Assembly (NCBI GenBank): GCA_963204975.1
Contig: CAUJJC010000275.1
Coordinates: 5,893-69,892, forward strand
Direction: 5' to 3'
Source of the DNA: Verrucomicrobiota bacterium
Lineage (GTDB): Bacteria > Verrucomicrobiota > Verrucomicrobiia > Verrucomicrobiales > Verrucomicrobiaceae
Length of the DNA stretch: 64,000 nucleotides
The translations under genes and the position numbers were made by a program. The notes under the pieces were generated by a model. The model was not told where the DNA came from, made no database searches, and saw only the letters and a program-made list of their open reading frames with translations. Positions within the stretch are counted from its first letter, which is position 1; each line of letters begins with the position of its first letter. Positions 35,312 through 45,136 of this stretch are shown here, piece by piece.

Positions 35312-35367
35312 GAGAAGAACGGCCGTCCCGGTCGTAAGCAGGGTCGCGACCGAAACGGTCGTTCTCC
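35312..35367. repeat. Palindromic element, short copy (56 bp), filling the whole kdpC-kdpB spacer
   Basis: GAGAAGAACGGCCGTCCCGGTCGTAAGCAGGGTCGCGACCGAAACGGTCGTTCTCC. Its termini are an inverted repeat. It aligns to both ends of the 111-bp copy. Confidence 0.8.
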
Positions 35368-37499
35368 TAGCCGAGTTGTGTGAGGGTTAGAAGGAGGTCA
35401 ATGAGCTTGATGCCGACGAAGGGCACCAGCAGCCCGCCGAGGCCGTAGATCAGGAGGTTGCGCCTCAGCACCACGGCGGCTCCTGCGGCACGATAGGCCA
35501 CGCCTTTCAATGCCAGCGGAATGAGCGCGATGATGATCAGCGCATTGAAGATGACGGCGCTGAGAATGGCGCTCTGCGGGCTGTGCAGATGCATCAAATC
35601 GAATGACTTCAGCGGGCCGTCTCCACTGAGCGCATAAAGACCACCAAACATCGCGGGCAGAATGGCAAAGTATTTGGCCACATCGTTTGCGATGCTGAAG
35701 GTGGTGAGCGCGCCTCGCGTCATGAGCAGTTGCTTGCCGATCTCCACGATCTCGATGAGCTTCGTGGGATTGCTGTCGAGGTCCACCATGTTGCCTGCCT
35801 CGCGGGCGGCCTGCGTGCCGGTGTTCATCGCCACACCCACATCGGCCTGTGCAAGCGCGGGGGCATCGTTGGTGCCATCGCCAGTCATCGCGACGAGCTG
35901 CCCCTTCGCCTGCTCATCGCGAATGCGGCGTAGTTTGTCCTCGGGTGTCGCCTCGGCCATGAAGTCATCCACGCCTGCTTCGGCGGCGATGCTTGCGGCG
36001 GTCAATGGATTGTCGCCCGTAATCATCACGGTGCGGATGCCCATCTGGCGAAGCTGCGCAAAGCGCTCGCGGATGCCGCCTTTGACCACGTCTTTCAGCT
36101 CGATCACACCCAGCACCTGCGCGCCATCGGCGACGACGAGCGGCGTGCCACCGGATTGCGCGATAGACTTCGTGCATTGGTCCACGAGTTCGGGGAATGC
36201 GCCGCCGTTCGATTTCACCCAGGCCTTGATCGCTTCGCCAGCGCCCTTGCGCAGCGAGCGCGTGCCAAGATCCACTCCGCTCATGCGCGCCTGCGCGGTG
36301 AACGGAATAAAGGTAGCATCAAGCTCATGCAGCTCACGCCCGCGCAAGCCATGACGCTCCTTCGCCAGCACGACCACGCTGCGTCCTTCCGGTGTTTCGT
36401 CCGCGAGCGACGAAAGCTGTGCGGCCTCAGCAAGCGTCTTCTCATCAACGTCCGGCGCAGGATGAAACGCGACCGCCATGCGATTGCCGAGCGTGATCGT
36501 GCCTGTTTTATCCAGCAACAGAACAGAGATGTCGCCCGCCGCCTCGACCGCACGACCACTCGTCACGAGCACATTGCGCCGCACCAAGCGATCTATCCCA
36601 CTGATGCCAATCGCACTGAGCAAGCCGCCAATGGTGGTAGGAATGAGACAGACAAACAACGCGATCAGCACTGGCAGACTTGTGTCCACTAGAGAACGAT
36701 CAGTCTCAGTCGTTATCTGGGCCTCGGGGCGTCTAGCCCCGACAGCATCTGAAGCGTGATCGAGACGATCACGATCCCAGTTTACGACCGGGACAGATCG
36801 TTCTCCAAAATTCACAAACGATGGCAGCGTGCCGACGGCGAACACAAACACCAGCGTGAGACTTGTGAGCAGGATACTCAAGGCGATCTCGTTCGGCGTG
36901 CGTTGACGACGCGCGCCTTCAATCAATGAGATCATGCGATCCACGAAGGATTGGCCGGGCTCGCTGGTGACACGTATGAAGATTCGATCACTGAGCACAC
37001 GCGTGCCTCCAGTTACCGCGCAGCGGTCGCCACCACTTTCGCGGATCACCGGAGCGCTTTCACCTGTGATTGCCGACTCATCAACGGTCGCAATGCCAAG
37101 AATGACCTCTCCATCCGCTGCGATGATCTCTCCGGCCTCGCACACAATGGTGTCCCCCTTCACCAGATCTGCGGCAGCAACGGCATCAATCACATCGCCC
37201 TGAACTCGGCGTGCGGACTGAACCTCCCGCAGCTTACGAAGCTCCGCTGCTTGCGCCTTGCCGCGACCTTCAGCGATAGCTTCGGCGAAGTTGGCAAACA
37301 GCACCGTGAACCACAGCCAGGCCGTGAGTTGAATGTGAAACAACGTTGGCTCAACAGTGGTGACAATGGTCGTGGCGATGCTGCCGAGCCACACAGTGAA
37401 CATCACCGGATTGCGCCATTGCCAGCGTGGATCCAGCTTCCGCAAGCTGGACCAGAACGCGGGAATGAGAAGTTCTTTGGAATAGAAGGATGAGGTCAT
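35367..37499 (-). CDS. kdpB: K+-transporting P-type ATPase subunit KdpB (carries an in-frame ~38-codon repeat-element insert)
   Basis: 710 aa. [44 protein letters not shown]. Confidence 0.93.
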   Translation of the reverse strand: MTSSFYSKELLIPAFWSSLRKLDPRWQWRNPVMFTVWLGSIATTIVTTVEPTLFHIQLTAWLWFTVLFANFAEAIAEGRGKAQAAELRKLREVQSARRVQGDVIDAVAAADLVKGDTIVCEAGEIIAADGEVILGIATVDESAITGESAPVIRESGGDRCAVTGGTRVLSDRIFIRVTSEPGQSFVDRMISLIEGARRQRTPNEIALSILLTSLTLVFVFAVGTLPSFVNFGERSVPVVNWDRDRLDHASDAVGARRPEAQITTETDRSLVDTSLPVLIALFVCLIPTTIGGLLSAIGISGIDRLVRRNVLVTSGRAVEAAGDISVLLLDKTGTITLGNRMAVAFHPAPDVDEKTLAEAAQLSSLADETPEGRSVVVLAKERHGLRGRELHELDATFIPFTAQARMSGVDLGTRSLRKGAGEAIKAWVKSNGGAFPELVDQCTKSIAQSGGTPLVVADGAQVLGVIELKDVVKGGIRERFAQLRQMGIRTVMITGDNPLTAASIAAEAGVDDFMAEATPEDKLRRIRDEQAKGQLVAMTGDGTNDAPALAQADVGVAMNTGTQAAREAGNMVDLDSNPTKLIEIVEIGKQLLMTRGALTTFSIANDVAKYFAILPAMFGGLYALSGDGPLKSFDLMHLHSPQSAILSAVIFNALIIIALIPLALKGVAYRAAGAAVVLRRNLLIYGLGGLLVPFVGIKLIDLLLTLTQLG
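36691..36806. repeat. Palindromic element copy inside kdpB, inverted relative to the kdpA copy
   Basis: AGAGAACGATCAGTCTCAGTCGT...ACGACCGGGACAGATCGTTCTCC. Its reverse complement aligns along the full length of 38791-38901. Confidence 0.8.
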
Positions 37500-37501
37500 G
37501 A

Positions 37502-37583
37502 GGAGAACGACCTTCTCGGTCGCGTTGCAGTGCGCGAGCTAGACGCCCGCTTGCCCAGAGGACGACCGGGACGGTCGTTCTCC
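37502..37583. repeat. Palindromic element copy (82 bp) in the kdpB-kdpA spacer
   Basis: GGAGAACGACCTTCTCGGTCGC...CCCAGAGGACGACCGGGACGGTCGTTCTCC. It occupies most of the 94-nt spacer. Confidence 0.8.
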
Positions 37584-37593
37584 GGGTGTGAAA

Positions 37594-39348
37594 TCAAAAG
37601 GTGCGACCATTATTCATGAGCATGTGCTCCACGATGGGGCCGAGCGTAAGGGCGGGCAGGAAGGTGAGGCCGCCAACGATGAGGATGACGCCGAGGAGCA
37701 GCACGATGAACAAGCCGCCATCAGTGGGAAAGGTGCCGGGACCGGGCTCAGCGATGCGCTTCTGCGCCATGCGACCAGCCAGCATCAGTGTCGGCACAAT
37801 CACGCCGAAACGTCCGACGAGCATCGCGAAGCTGAGGCCGTAGTTGTAGAAAGGAGTGTTCGCATTGAGCCCACCGAAGGCGCTGCCGTTGTTGTTTGCG
37901 GCGCTGGCCCAAGCATAGAGCGCTTCGCTGAAAGCATGCGGACCAGCATTGGTGAGGGACGCTCTGCCCGCCTCAGAGAGCACGCTCAACGCGGTGCCGA
38001 TGAGCACCACCAGACTCGGCAAGATCACGGCGACAGCAGCACAGATCACTTCGCGTGCTTCGATACGCTTGCCCAAATACTCTGGCGTGCGTCCGACCAT
38101 CAGGCCCGCTAGGAAGACGGTGAGCACGACGAACATGATCATGCCATAAAGCCCCGAGCCAACACCGCCGAAGATGATCTCGCCCAGCAGCATGTTCACC
38201 AGTGCGACGAGTCCACTCAGCGGCATGAGGCTGTCGTGCATCGCGTTGACCGATCCGTTGGAGGCAGCAGTGGTCGCGGTGGCCCACAGCGCGCTGTCTG
38301 CGATGCCAAAGCGCGTCTCCTTGCCCTCTAGCATGGTTAGCACACCGAGCGATGGATTACTCTGATGCTCTGCCCACAAGGCCGCACCCAGCCCGGTGAG
38401 CAACAGCACGAGCATGGTGGCAAACAAACACCAGCCGTGTCTGCGATGGCCGGTCATGCGGCCAAACATGAACGGGAAGCCAGCAGCGAGCGCGAGGATG
38501 GCAAAGCATTGGAGGAAGTTCGAGAGACGCGTCGGATTCTCGAACGGATGCGCCGAGTTCACGCCGAAGAAGCCGCCGCCATTGGTGCCGAGCTGCTTGA
38601 TCGCGATCTGTGAGGCCGCCGGTCCAAGAGGGATCACCTGCGCAGAACCTTCGAGCGTAGTCGCACTCGCAAACACATCAAAGGTCTGCGGCACACCCTG
38701 CTGCACGAGCACAAGCGACAAGAGAATCGAAAGCGGCAGTAGCACGTAGATCGTGGCCCGCGAGACGTCGCGCCAGAAGTTGCCCAGGCCGGAGAACGAC
38801 CGTCCCGGTCGTAAGCTGGGTTCGCGACCATCTCGGTCGCACGGAGAATCAGCGGGCGAGACGCCCACCTGCCCAGAGGACGACCGAGACGGTCGTTCTC
38901 CCAGCCCGCGCACGAGCGCCGCTGCGACTGCCATGCCCGTGGCGGCGCTGAGGAAGTTCTGCACGCCGAGTCCGAGCATCTGCGTGAGGTAACTCATCGT
39001 CGCCTCGCCGGAATAGGCCTGCCAGTTGGTGTTCGTGAGAAAGCTGATTGCCGTGTTCAGTGCCAAAGGGAACGGCACGTTTGCGAGTGACTGAGGATTG
39101 CCGGGCAGTTTCGCCTGCAGCATTTGCAGCAACATCAGCACCACGAATCCGATCCCATGAAACAGCAGCAGCGCCTTCAAATACTGCGGCCAGTTCATTG
39201 AACGCGAGGTATCGCCAGCCATCAGTTTCTCGCCCGGCAGTGGGCGTTCGACCTGGAACACCCAGGCTAGATAGCGACCGATGAACGGCGCGAGACCGAT
39301 CAGCAGTGCAAGATACAAAAGCAGTTCCAGGACATCGTCTGTTTTCAT
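37594..39348 (-). CDS. kdpA: K+-transporting ATPase subunit KdpA (carries an in-frame 37-codon repeat-element insert)
   Basis: 584 aa, polytopic. GTNGGGFFGVNSAHPFENPT selectivity-filter-type motif. First gene of the operon. Confidence 0.93.
   Translation of the reverse strand: MKTDDVLELLLYLALLIGLAPFIGRYLAWVFQVERPLPGEKLMAGDTSRSMNWPQYLKALLLFHGIGFVVLMLLQMLQAKLPGNPQSLANVPFPLALNTAISFLTNTNWQAYSGEATMSYLTQMLGLGVQNFLSAATGMAVAAALVRGLGERPSRSSSGQVGVSPADSPCDRDGREPSLRPGRSFSGLGNFWRDVSRATIYVLLPLSILLSLVLVQQGVPQTFDVFASATTLEGSAQVIPLGPAASQIAIKQLGTNGGGFFGVNSAHPFENPTRLSNFLQCFAILALAAGFPFMFGRMTGHRRHGWCLFATMLVLLLTGLGAALWAEHQSNPSLGVLTMLEGKETRFGIADSALWATATTAASNGSVNAMHDSLMPLSGLVALVNMLLGEIIFGGVGSGLYGMIMFVVLTVFLAGLMVGRTPEYLGKRIEAREVICAAVAVILPSLVVLIGTALSVLSEAGRASLTNAGPHAFSEALYAWASAANNNGSAFGGLNANTPFYNYGLSFAMLVGRFGVIVPTLMLAGRMAQKRIAEPGPGTFPTDGGLFIVLLLGVILIVGGLTFLPALTLGPIVEHMLMNNGRTF
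38791..38901. repeat. Palindromic element, full-length copy (111 bp), inside kdpA
   Basis: GGAGAACGACCGTCCCGGTCGTAAGCTGGG...CCCAGAGGACGACCGAGACGGTCGTTCTCC. Each end holds a mini-hairpin ACGACCG-N3-CGGTCGT. Confidence 0.85.
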
Positions 39349-39419
39349 GACAGGCGATGTGTCGGCCAGCAGGCGATTTTTTGCCTGTAAAGGCTCGACC
39401 TCGGGGCGCTAAGAAGTCG

Positions 39420-39646
39420 CTAAGCCAGAAGGTGATTTCGCTTCGCAAGCACTTCGTCGATCTTCGGCCCGATCACCTTCGCCCAGATCTCGTAACCTTT
39501 CGGACTGAGATGCAGCAGGGCGGGCAGATATCCTTGCTCACGGTGCCGACTTTGTTCATGCGTTTCGTGACAATGACGCTCTCGCTCTGATCACCGAATG
39601 TCTTCCACACCTCCGCAAAGGTGAGTGAAGTCGTTGTGAGGAAGTC
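39420..39646 (-). pseudogene. C-terminal remnant of an SGNH/GDSL (PAF-acetylhydrolase-like) hydrolase, frameshifted and lacking an N-terminus
   Basis: Two frames read ...FAEVWKTFGDQSESVIVTKRMNKVGTVSKDI and then LPALLHLSPKGYEIWAKVIGPKIDEVLAKR*. There is no start codon, and the fragment begins right after the kbl stop. Confidence 0.5.
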
Positions 39647-39648
39647 TC

Positions 39649-40839
39649 TCAGATGCCGAGTTCCTTCTTCACCTCGATGAAGGCGGCGACGGCCTTTTCA
39701 AGGTCATCGCGCGTGTGCGCTGCACTGATCTGTGTGCGGATGCGCGCCTTGCCTTGCGGCACGACGGGGTAGCTGAAGCCGATGACATAGACGCCGCGCT
39801 CAAGCATCGCGTCGGCGAACTTCGTCGCGAGCGCGGCATCGCCGAGCATCACAGGAACAATCGGATGCTCACCGGGCACGATCTTGAAACCGGCCTTGGT
39901 CATCGCCTCGCGGAAGAACTTCGTGTTCGCCTCCAGCTTGTCCCGAAGCGCGGTGGAGTGCTTGAGCAAGTCGAGTGCGCCCAACGAAGCGCCGGCGATG
40001 GTGGGCGCGAGCGTGTTGCTGAAAAGGTAAGGCCGCGACCGTTGGCGCAGCAGTTCGATGATTTCCTTGCGACCACTGGTGTAGCCGCCACTCGCACCGC
40101 CGAGCGCCTTGCCCAGCGTGCCGGTGAGGATGTCGATGCGGCCCATCACATCGCAGTGCTCGTGCGTGCCGCGACCTGTCTTGCCCATGAAGCCGACGGC
40201 ATGCGAGTCATCAACCATGACCAGCGCTTGATACTTGTCCGCGAGATCGCAGATCGCCTTCAGTGGCGCGATGAAGCCGTCCATGGAGAAGACGCCGTCC
40301 GTGGCGATGAGTTTGAAGCGCGCACCCTTCGCATCGGCGGCGATGAGCTGAGCTTCAAGGTCAGCCATGTCGCAGTTCTTGTAGCGGTAGCGCGCGGCCT
40401 TGCAGAGTCGGATGCCGTCGATGATCGAGGCGTGGTTCAACTCGTCACTGATGATCGCGTCCTCGGGGCCGAGGATGGTTTCAAAGAGGCCGCCGTTCGC
40501 ATCGAAACAGGAGCCGTAGAGGATCGTGTCCTCCGTGCCGAGGAAGTCGGTGAGGCTGTCCTCCAGTTCCTTGTGAACGCCCTGCGTGCCGCAGATGAAA
40601 CGCACGCTCGCCAGCCCATAGCCCCAGTGCTCCAGCGCTTCGTGTGCAGCCTGCCGCACCTTGGGATGCTGCGCGAGACCGAGGTAGTTGTTCGCGCACA
40701 GGTTGAGCACTGGCTTTCCGCCATTCGTGCGAATCACCACCCCCTGCGGCGTGGTCAGCTTGCGCTCGCGCTTGTAGGTGCCTGCGGCACGGATGGCATC
40801 GAGTTGCGCGGTGAGGTAGGATTGGAAGGCGGTGTTCAT
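39649..40839 (-). CDS. kbl: Glycine C-acetyltransferase (2-amino-3-ketobutyrate CoA ligase)
   Basis: Start set at MNTAFQSYL (ATGA overlap with the upstream stop). PLP-Lys context [25 protein letters not shown]. Confidence 0.92.
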   Translation of the reverse strand: MNTAFQSYLTAQLDAIRAAGTYKRERKLTTPQGVVIRTNGGKPVLNLCANNYLGLAQHPKVRQAAHEALEHWGYGLASVRFICGTQGVHKELEDSLTDFLGTEDTILYGSCFDANGGLFETILGPEDAIISDELNHASIIDGIRLCKAARYRYKNCDMADLEAQLIAADAKGARFKLIATDGVFSMDGFIAPLKAICDLADKYQALVMVDDSHAVGFMGKTGRGTHEHCDVMGRIDILTGTLGKALGGASGGYTSGRKEIIELLRQRSRPYLFSNTLAPTIAGASLGALDLLKHSTALRDKLEANTKFFREAMTKAGFKIVPGEHPIVPVMLGDAALATKFADAMLERGVYVIGFSYPVVPQGKARIRTQISAAHTRDDLEKAVAAFIEVKKELGI

Positions 40840-42014
40840 GTCGTCAAAGAAGGGTCCAGCTCGCGCCAGCAATACCAAAGCATTCGGGGCAGATGGAACG
40901 GGCCCTTATAAATCGTGCCCTTCGCACGCGATGAGATGCGCCCATCGCGATGCAGGTAGCCATACCACTCGCCGTGCTCGGGATCAGAGAAGTGCTGGAA
41001 GCTCCAGTCATGCACTAGGCGATGCATCTCGGTGTAGCGTGCGTCGCCAGTGAGCTTCGCTGCGAGCAGCATGGCGATGATCGCTTCGTTGTGCGGCCAC
41101 CAGAACTTCATGTCGTGCCAGTATTCCTGCACCGGCTTGCCAAAAACATCCGTGAAGTAAAGCAGCCCGCCATGCTCCGCATCCCAGCCGCGCTGCCACA
41201 TGCAATCGAGGATGCGCGTGCCCAGCGTGATGAGCCGCGCATCGCCCCGATGCTGGCCTTCGTGCATGATGAACCACGCGCATTCGATGGCGTGGCCAGG
41301 GTTCAGCGTGCGGCCTTCGTGATGATCGATGACACTGCCATCAGGCGCGACGACCTCCATCAACGCGCCGAGGTCCGGCTTGAAGAAGTCGCGCTCGATC
41401 TCGGCGATGCTGGCGTCGATCCACTCTGTGCAAGTGCGCTCACGCACGCGCACGTCGCCCAGGTTCTCGCGCAGTTCCTGCGCCGTCATGATCGCGATCA
41501 TCAGTGGCGCGATGCCTTTCATTGGACGTGTCGCCTCAAACTTCGGCGGCATCACACCAGACGTGAAGCTGTGGTGCAGATACGTGTCGAAGCACTTCAC
41601 CGCGTCGTCCGCCGCACGCGATTCACCCGTGGCCTTGGCATACGCAGCATACGAGACGGCAGCGAAGGCTTCGCTGAAGACATAGCGCCGCATCCGCAGT
41701 GGTGCGCCTTCACGCGTCACGCTGAAATACATCTTCCCCTCGGGTGAAAAGCAGTGCGCACGATTGAACTCCACACACGATCTCGCCGCCTCCAGCCACT
41801 CGCTGCGTTGCTCCACGGTGTTGTAGAGCGTCGCGAACATCCAGCCCGCGCGACCTTGGAACCACACGCTCTTGTCCGTGTCGATCAGGCTGCCATCGCG
41901 ATCCACGCAGGTCATGATGCCGCCGTGCTCGCGGTCCATGCCGTGCTTCAACCAGAACGGGATGACATCGTTGAGCAACGTGTCGCGATAGAGCGTGGCG
42001 TAGTTTGTCATCAT
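40836..42014 (-). CDS. N-acylglucosamine 2-epimerase (AGE) superfamily protein
   Basis: 392 aa. [44 protein letters not shown]: (alpha/alpha)6-barrel AGE-like motifs. Confidence 0.75.
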   Translation of the reverse strand: MMTNYATLYRDTLLNDVIPFWLKHGMDREHGGIMTCVDRDGSLIDTDKSVWFQGRAGWMFATLYNTVEQRSEWLEAARSCVEFNRAHCFSPEGKMYFSVTREGAPLRMRRYVFSEAFAAVSYAAYAKATGESRAADDAVKCFDTYLHHSFTSGVMPPKFEATRPMKGIAPLMIAIMTAQELRENLGDVRVRERTCTEWIDASIAEIERDFFKPDLGALMEVVAPDGSVIDHHEGRTLNPGHAIECAWFIMHEGQHRGDARLITLGTRILDCMWQRGWDAEHGGLLYFTDVFGKPVQEYWHDMKFWWPHNEAIIAMLLAAKLTGDARYTEMHRLVHDWSFQHFSDPEHGEWYGYLHRDGRISSRAKGTIYKGPFHLPRMLWYCWRELDPSLTT

Positions 42015-43039
42015 GATGCCCAGTCGAGCACGACTTTACCACACTCGCCACTCTCCATCGCCGCGAAGCCCTTCTCGAACTCGGTGTAGTGAAAGCGATG
42101 AGTGATGACCGGCTTAATATTGAGGCCGCTCTCCAGCATCACGCTCATCTGATACCAGGTTTCATACATCTCGCGGCCGTAGATGCCTTTGATCATGAGC
42201 ATGTTGAAGATCACCTTGTTCCAGTCGATGGCGATCTGCTCGCTGGGAATGCCGAGCATCGCGATCTTGCCGCCGTGGCACATGTTATCAATGAGGCTGC
42301 GGAAGGCGCTGGCATTGCCACTCATCTCCAGGCCCACATCGAAGCCTTCCTTCATGCCGAGCTGCCGCTGCACATCCTCGATCTTCTCATGCTTCACGTT
42401 GACCGCGCGCGTGGCACCCATTTGTCGCGCGAGGTCGAGACGATACTCGTTTACATCGGTGATGACGACGTGTCTTGCTCCCGCATGCTTCACTACTGGG
42501 ATGGCCATGATTCCGATAGGACCAGCGCCCGTGATGAGCACGTCCTCACCCAGACATTCGAACGCGAGCGCCGTGTGAACGGCGTTGCCAAAGGGATCGA
42601 AGATGCTCGCCACTTCTTCGTCCACGCCGTCGCGATGATGCCAGACATTCGTCATCGGCACGCTGATGAATTCGGCAAAGGCACCCGTGCGATTCACGCC
42701 GATACCCACGGTGTCTTTGCAGAGATGGCGGCGTCCTGCGAGGCAGTTGCGACAGCGACCACACACGACGTGCCCCTCGGCGCTGACAATTTCACCTGGA
42801 TGGAAGTCGTTCACATTCGATCCCACGCTCACCACTTCACCGACGAACTCGTGGCCCACCACCATGGGGACGGGAATCGTCTTCTGCGCCCAGGCATCCC
42901 ATTTGTAGATGTGCAGGTCGGTGCCGCAGATGCCGGTTTTGTGAACCTTGATCAGCACATCGTTGATGCCGACTTCAGGCTCAGGCACATCTTGCAACCA
43001 GAGACCTCTTTGAGAGTGGGCTTTGACTAGAGCTTTCAT
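42011..43039 (-). CDS. tdh: L-threonine 3-dehydrogenase
   Basis: 342 aa. [28 protein letters not shown]. Sits in one operon with kbl. Confidence 0.92.
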   Translation of the reverse strand: MKALVKAHSQRGLWLQDVPEPEVGINDVLIKVHKTGICGTDLHIYKWDAWAQKTIPVPMVVGHEFVGEVVSVGSNVNDFHPGEIVSAEGHVVCGRCRNCLAGRRHLCKDTVGIGVNRTGAFAEFISVPMTNVWHHRDGVDEEVASIFDPFGNAVHTALAFECLGEDVLITGAGPIGIMAIPVVKHAGARHVVITDVNEYRLDLARQMGATRAVNVKHEKIEDVQRQLGMKEGFDVGLEMSGNASAFRSLIDNMCHGGKIAMLGIPSEQIAIDWNKVIFNMLMIKGIYGREMYETWYQMSVMLESGLNIKPVITHRFHYTEFEKGFAAMESGECGKVVLDWAS

Positions 43040-43653
43040 CGTTTATGGGGAGGGAAGATGGGAAGGGCAATTCGATACCGGATGGCGCTGAGCCGAAGGA
43101 GCAGTGTGAGGGCGACGCCCAGCCACATCACGACAGGATTGCCGATCACTGGCACGAGCAAACAATAGCCAAGCGCACCCACGAACGCGGCCGTGGCATA
43201 GAGGTAGATTTCAGGCTGGAATACCATGGGCACACGGCTGGTCAGCATGTCGCGAATGATGCCCCCGGCGACTCCGGTGATCACCCCAAGTGCAATCGCC
43301 GGCACCATGGCAAATCCCAGAGCCAGACCCTTTTGTGTGCCGGCGATGGTGAAGAACGCGAGCGAGAAGGCATCCGCAATCTGTAGCAGGTTGGCCGGTG
43401 GCTCCCAGGTGCGGCAGACGAAAAACGCCATGATCGCAGTCGCACAAGCCGTGTAGAGATAGGGAGGCGAACGAAGCCAGTTCACAGGCGTGTCTCCAGC
43501 GATCACATCACGCAACGATCCGCCCCCCAGCGAGGTGACAAGCGCGAGCACGAGCACTCCGAACAGATCGAGACTCCGGCCTCGGGCCGCGAGGACGCCC
43601 GACAGGGCTCCCACAGCAATGCCGAAGTGATCGAGAATGGAATGAAGCTGCAT
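43036..43653 (-). CDS. Trimeric intracellular cation channel family protein (UPF0126/YadS)
   Basis: 205 aa, 7 TM helices. Duplicated GGGSLRDV / GGIIRDM motifs. Confidence 0.8.
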   Translation of the reverse strand: MQLHSILDHFGIAVGALSGVLAARGRSLDLFGVLVLALVTSLGGGSLRDVIAGDTPVNWLRSPPYLYTACATAIMAFFVCRTWEPPANLLQIADAFSLAFFTIAGTQKGLALGFAMVPAIALGVITGVAGGIIRDMLTSRVPMVFQPEIYLYATAAFVGALGYCLLVPVIGNPVVMWLGVALTLLLRLSAIRYRIALPIFPPHKR

Positions 43654-43662
43654 GAGTGCGGA

Positions 43663-43684
43663 ATAATGGACTCCAATCCATTAT
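43663..43684. promoter_or_regulatory. Inverted repeat in the divergent promoter region (candidate XRE operator)
   Basis: ATAATGGA-CTCCAA-TCCATTAT (perfect 8-bp arms) in an AT-rich spacer. TTATATCGG / ATATATCGG direct repeats lie nearby. Confidence 0.3.
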
Positions 43685-43746
43685 ATCGGCAAGTAAATAT
43701 TTTTTGTTTACCGCACGTCGATTCAATATATCGGAATCAACTCCCC

Positions 43747-44337
43747 ATGCCCGCCCCCAAAAAGACCGCCAAGAATGCCGCCGACGCCATCAATGAAAAC
43801 CTGGGCCGCCGGGTGAAGAAGCTGCGTGGTGATCGCGGCTGGTCGTTGGAAGAGCTGTCCAAGGTGAGCGGCGTGAGCAAGTCGATGCTCAGCGAGATCG
43901 AGCGCGAAAAGGCCAACCCTACGCTCAGCGTGACCTATCGCATCGCCAACGCCTTCGGCTTGAATTTGCAGGAGCTGATCGAGACCTCGGAGTCTGCCTC
44001 CGCCATTCAGGTCATCCGCAGCACTGAACGCTCGCAGGTTTATCGCTCGGACAAGCAATGCGAGATCCGCACGCTCTCGCCGCTGAACCTGGAGAAGGAA
44101 ATCGAGTTCTACCAAGTCACGCTCAAACCCAAAGGTGAACTCCGCAGCCAGGCGCACTACGAGGGCACGCGCGAGTTCCTCACCGTCGAGCACGGGGCCA
44201 TCCGCATCGAGTCCGGCAAAGACACCGCCGACCTCGCCAACCACGACTCCGCCACCTACCGAGCCGACATCCCGCACGCCATTGTGAACACGGGCAACCA
44301 GGAGGCTGTGGTGTTTCTGGTGGTGATTTATCGGTGA
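43747..44337 (+). CDS. XRE-family HTH transcriptional regulator with a C-terminal cupin domain
   Basis: Start set at MPAPKKTAKN. HTH LRGDRGWSLEELSKVSGVSKSMLSEIEREKANPT. Cupin C-terminus ...YRADIPHAIVNTG. Confidence 0.85.
   Translation: MPAPKKTAKNAADAINENLGRRVKKLRGDRGWSLEELSKVSGVSKSMLSEIEREKANPTLSVTYRIANAFGLNLQELIETSESASAIQVIRSTERSQVYRSDKQCEIRTLSPLNLEKEIEFYQVTLKPKGELRSQAHYEGTREFLTVEHGAIRIESGKDTADLANHDSATYRADIPHAIVNTGNQEAVVFLVVIYR
44208..44337 (+). repeat. Direct repeat copy 1: the 3' end of the XRE-cupin gene currently in use
   Basis: 130 bp. Matches 45137-45257 except for 6 substitutions and a 9-bp in-frame indel (GACCTCGCC). Confidence 0.9.
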
Positions 44338-44630
44338 ATGTAGAACTCAATCACAGGCTTGCGGCGTTCGATTCAGGCAGTAATCTGGCCAATATGATCG
44401 GGGCTTATGAAGAAACTGTCGCCTTTCTTGCGCGGGGAATGACTTCTGCGGAGTTGCTCGCGTTCAAGCCGTCCGAGGATGCATCAGCCCGCTTCGAGTG
44501 GCTGGTCCAAAAGGAGAAGGCGGAGGGCCTTCTCCCCGATGAGCAGGATGAACTTGATCGCACCATGGAGGTCGAGCGGGTGTTAAGTCTGGCCAAGGCA
44601 CGAGCGCGGGCATCATTAGCACATCGATAG
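44334..44630 (+). CDS. Small acidic hypothetical protein, partner of the HNH endonuclease
   Basis: 98-aa ORF with a GTG start overlapping the upstream stop (GTGA). Helical, with LLAFKPSEDASARFEWLVQKEKAEGLLPDEQDELD. Lower GC than its surroundings. Confidence 0.55.
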   Translation: MNVELNHRLAAFDSGSNLANMIGAYEETVAFLARGMTSAELLAFKPSEDASARFEWLVQKEKAEGLLPDEQDELDRTMEVERVLSLAKARARASLAHR

Positions 44631-44633
44631 TCC

Positions 44634-45068
44634 ATGAGTCGGTCGCACATTCCGGACTTACTTCGGGAATTAGTTCGACGACGTGCCGGGTGTGTCTGTG
44701 AGTATTGCCTGCTTCACGAAGACGACATCGTCCATCGTTTTCATGTCGATCATGTAATCAGTGAAAAGCACGGCGGCCCCACCGAGGATCACAATCTGGC
44801 CCTCTGCTGTCCCTTTTGTAACCGAGCCAAGGGCAGCGACGTCGGCAGCTTGGAAGGTGGCGAGTTCGTGCGCTTGTTCAATACACGCATCGACCGCTGG
44901 TCCGATCACTTCTCCCTGAAAGGCGATCTGATTACGCCGCTCACCACTGTGGGTGCGGTGACAGTGCGGGTGCTGTGCATCAATGCCGCCCATCGCCTCA
45001 CGCTGCGACAATCCTTGAAGGAAGCGAGCTTGTTTCCGAGTGAACAGGCGCTGGCTACCATGAAGTAG
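44634..45068 (+). CDS. HNH endonuclease (small, stand-alone)
   Basis: 144 aa. CEYC...HVDHVISEKHGGPTEDHNLALCCPFCNRAKG (Cys4 zinc + H-N-H core). Confidence 0.85.
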   Translation: MSRSHIPDLLRELVRRRAGCVCEYCLLHEDDIVHRFHVDHVISEKHGGPTEDHNLALCCPFCNRAKGSDVGSLEGGEFVRLFNTRIDRWSDHFSLKGDLITPLTTVGAVTVRVLCINAAHRLTLRQSLKEASLFPSEQALATMK

Positions 45069-45136
45069 CGAATTCTTGCTCGTAACCAGCTAAGTTGGAC
45101 GGCGAGTTTGGCCGCATTTTCTCCTGAAAATGTGCC

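Noticed and set aside
39349-39419. Searched for a kdpF mini-ORF and a structured leader (for example a c-di-AMP riboswitch) upstream of kdpA.
   Set aside because: There is no ATG/GTG-initiated hydrophobic mini-ORF in the ~70 nt upstream, and I recognise no riboswitch consensus by eye. Absence cannot be proven without covariance-model searches.
38849-39448. A 199-aa minus-strand ORF overlapping the kdpA 5' region in another frame.
   Set aside because: It lies mostly inside the well-supported kdpA frame, extending only ~100 nt upstream of its start. Part of it is simply the repeat element read in a second frame.
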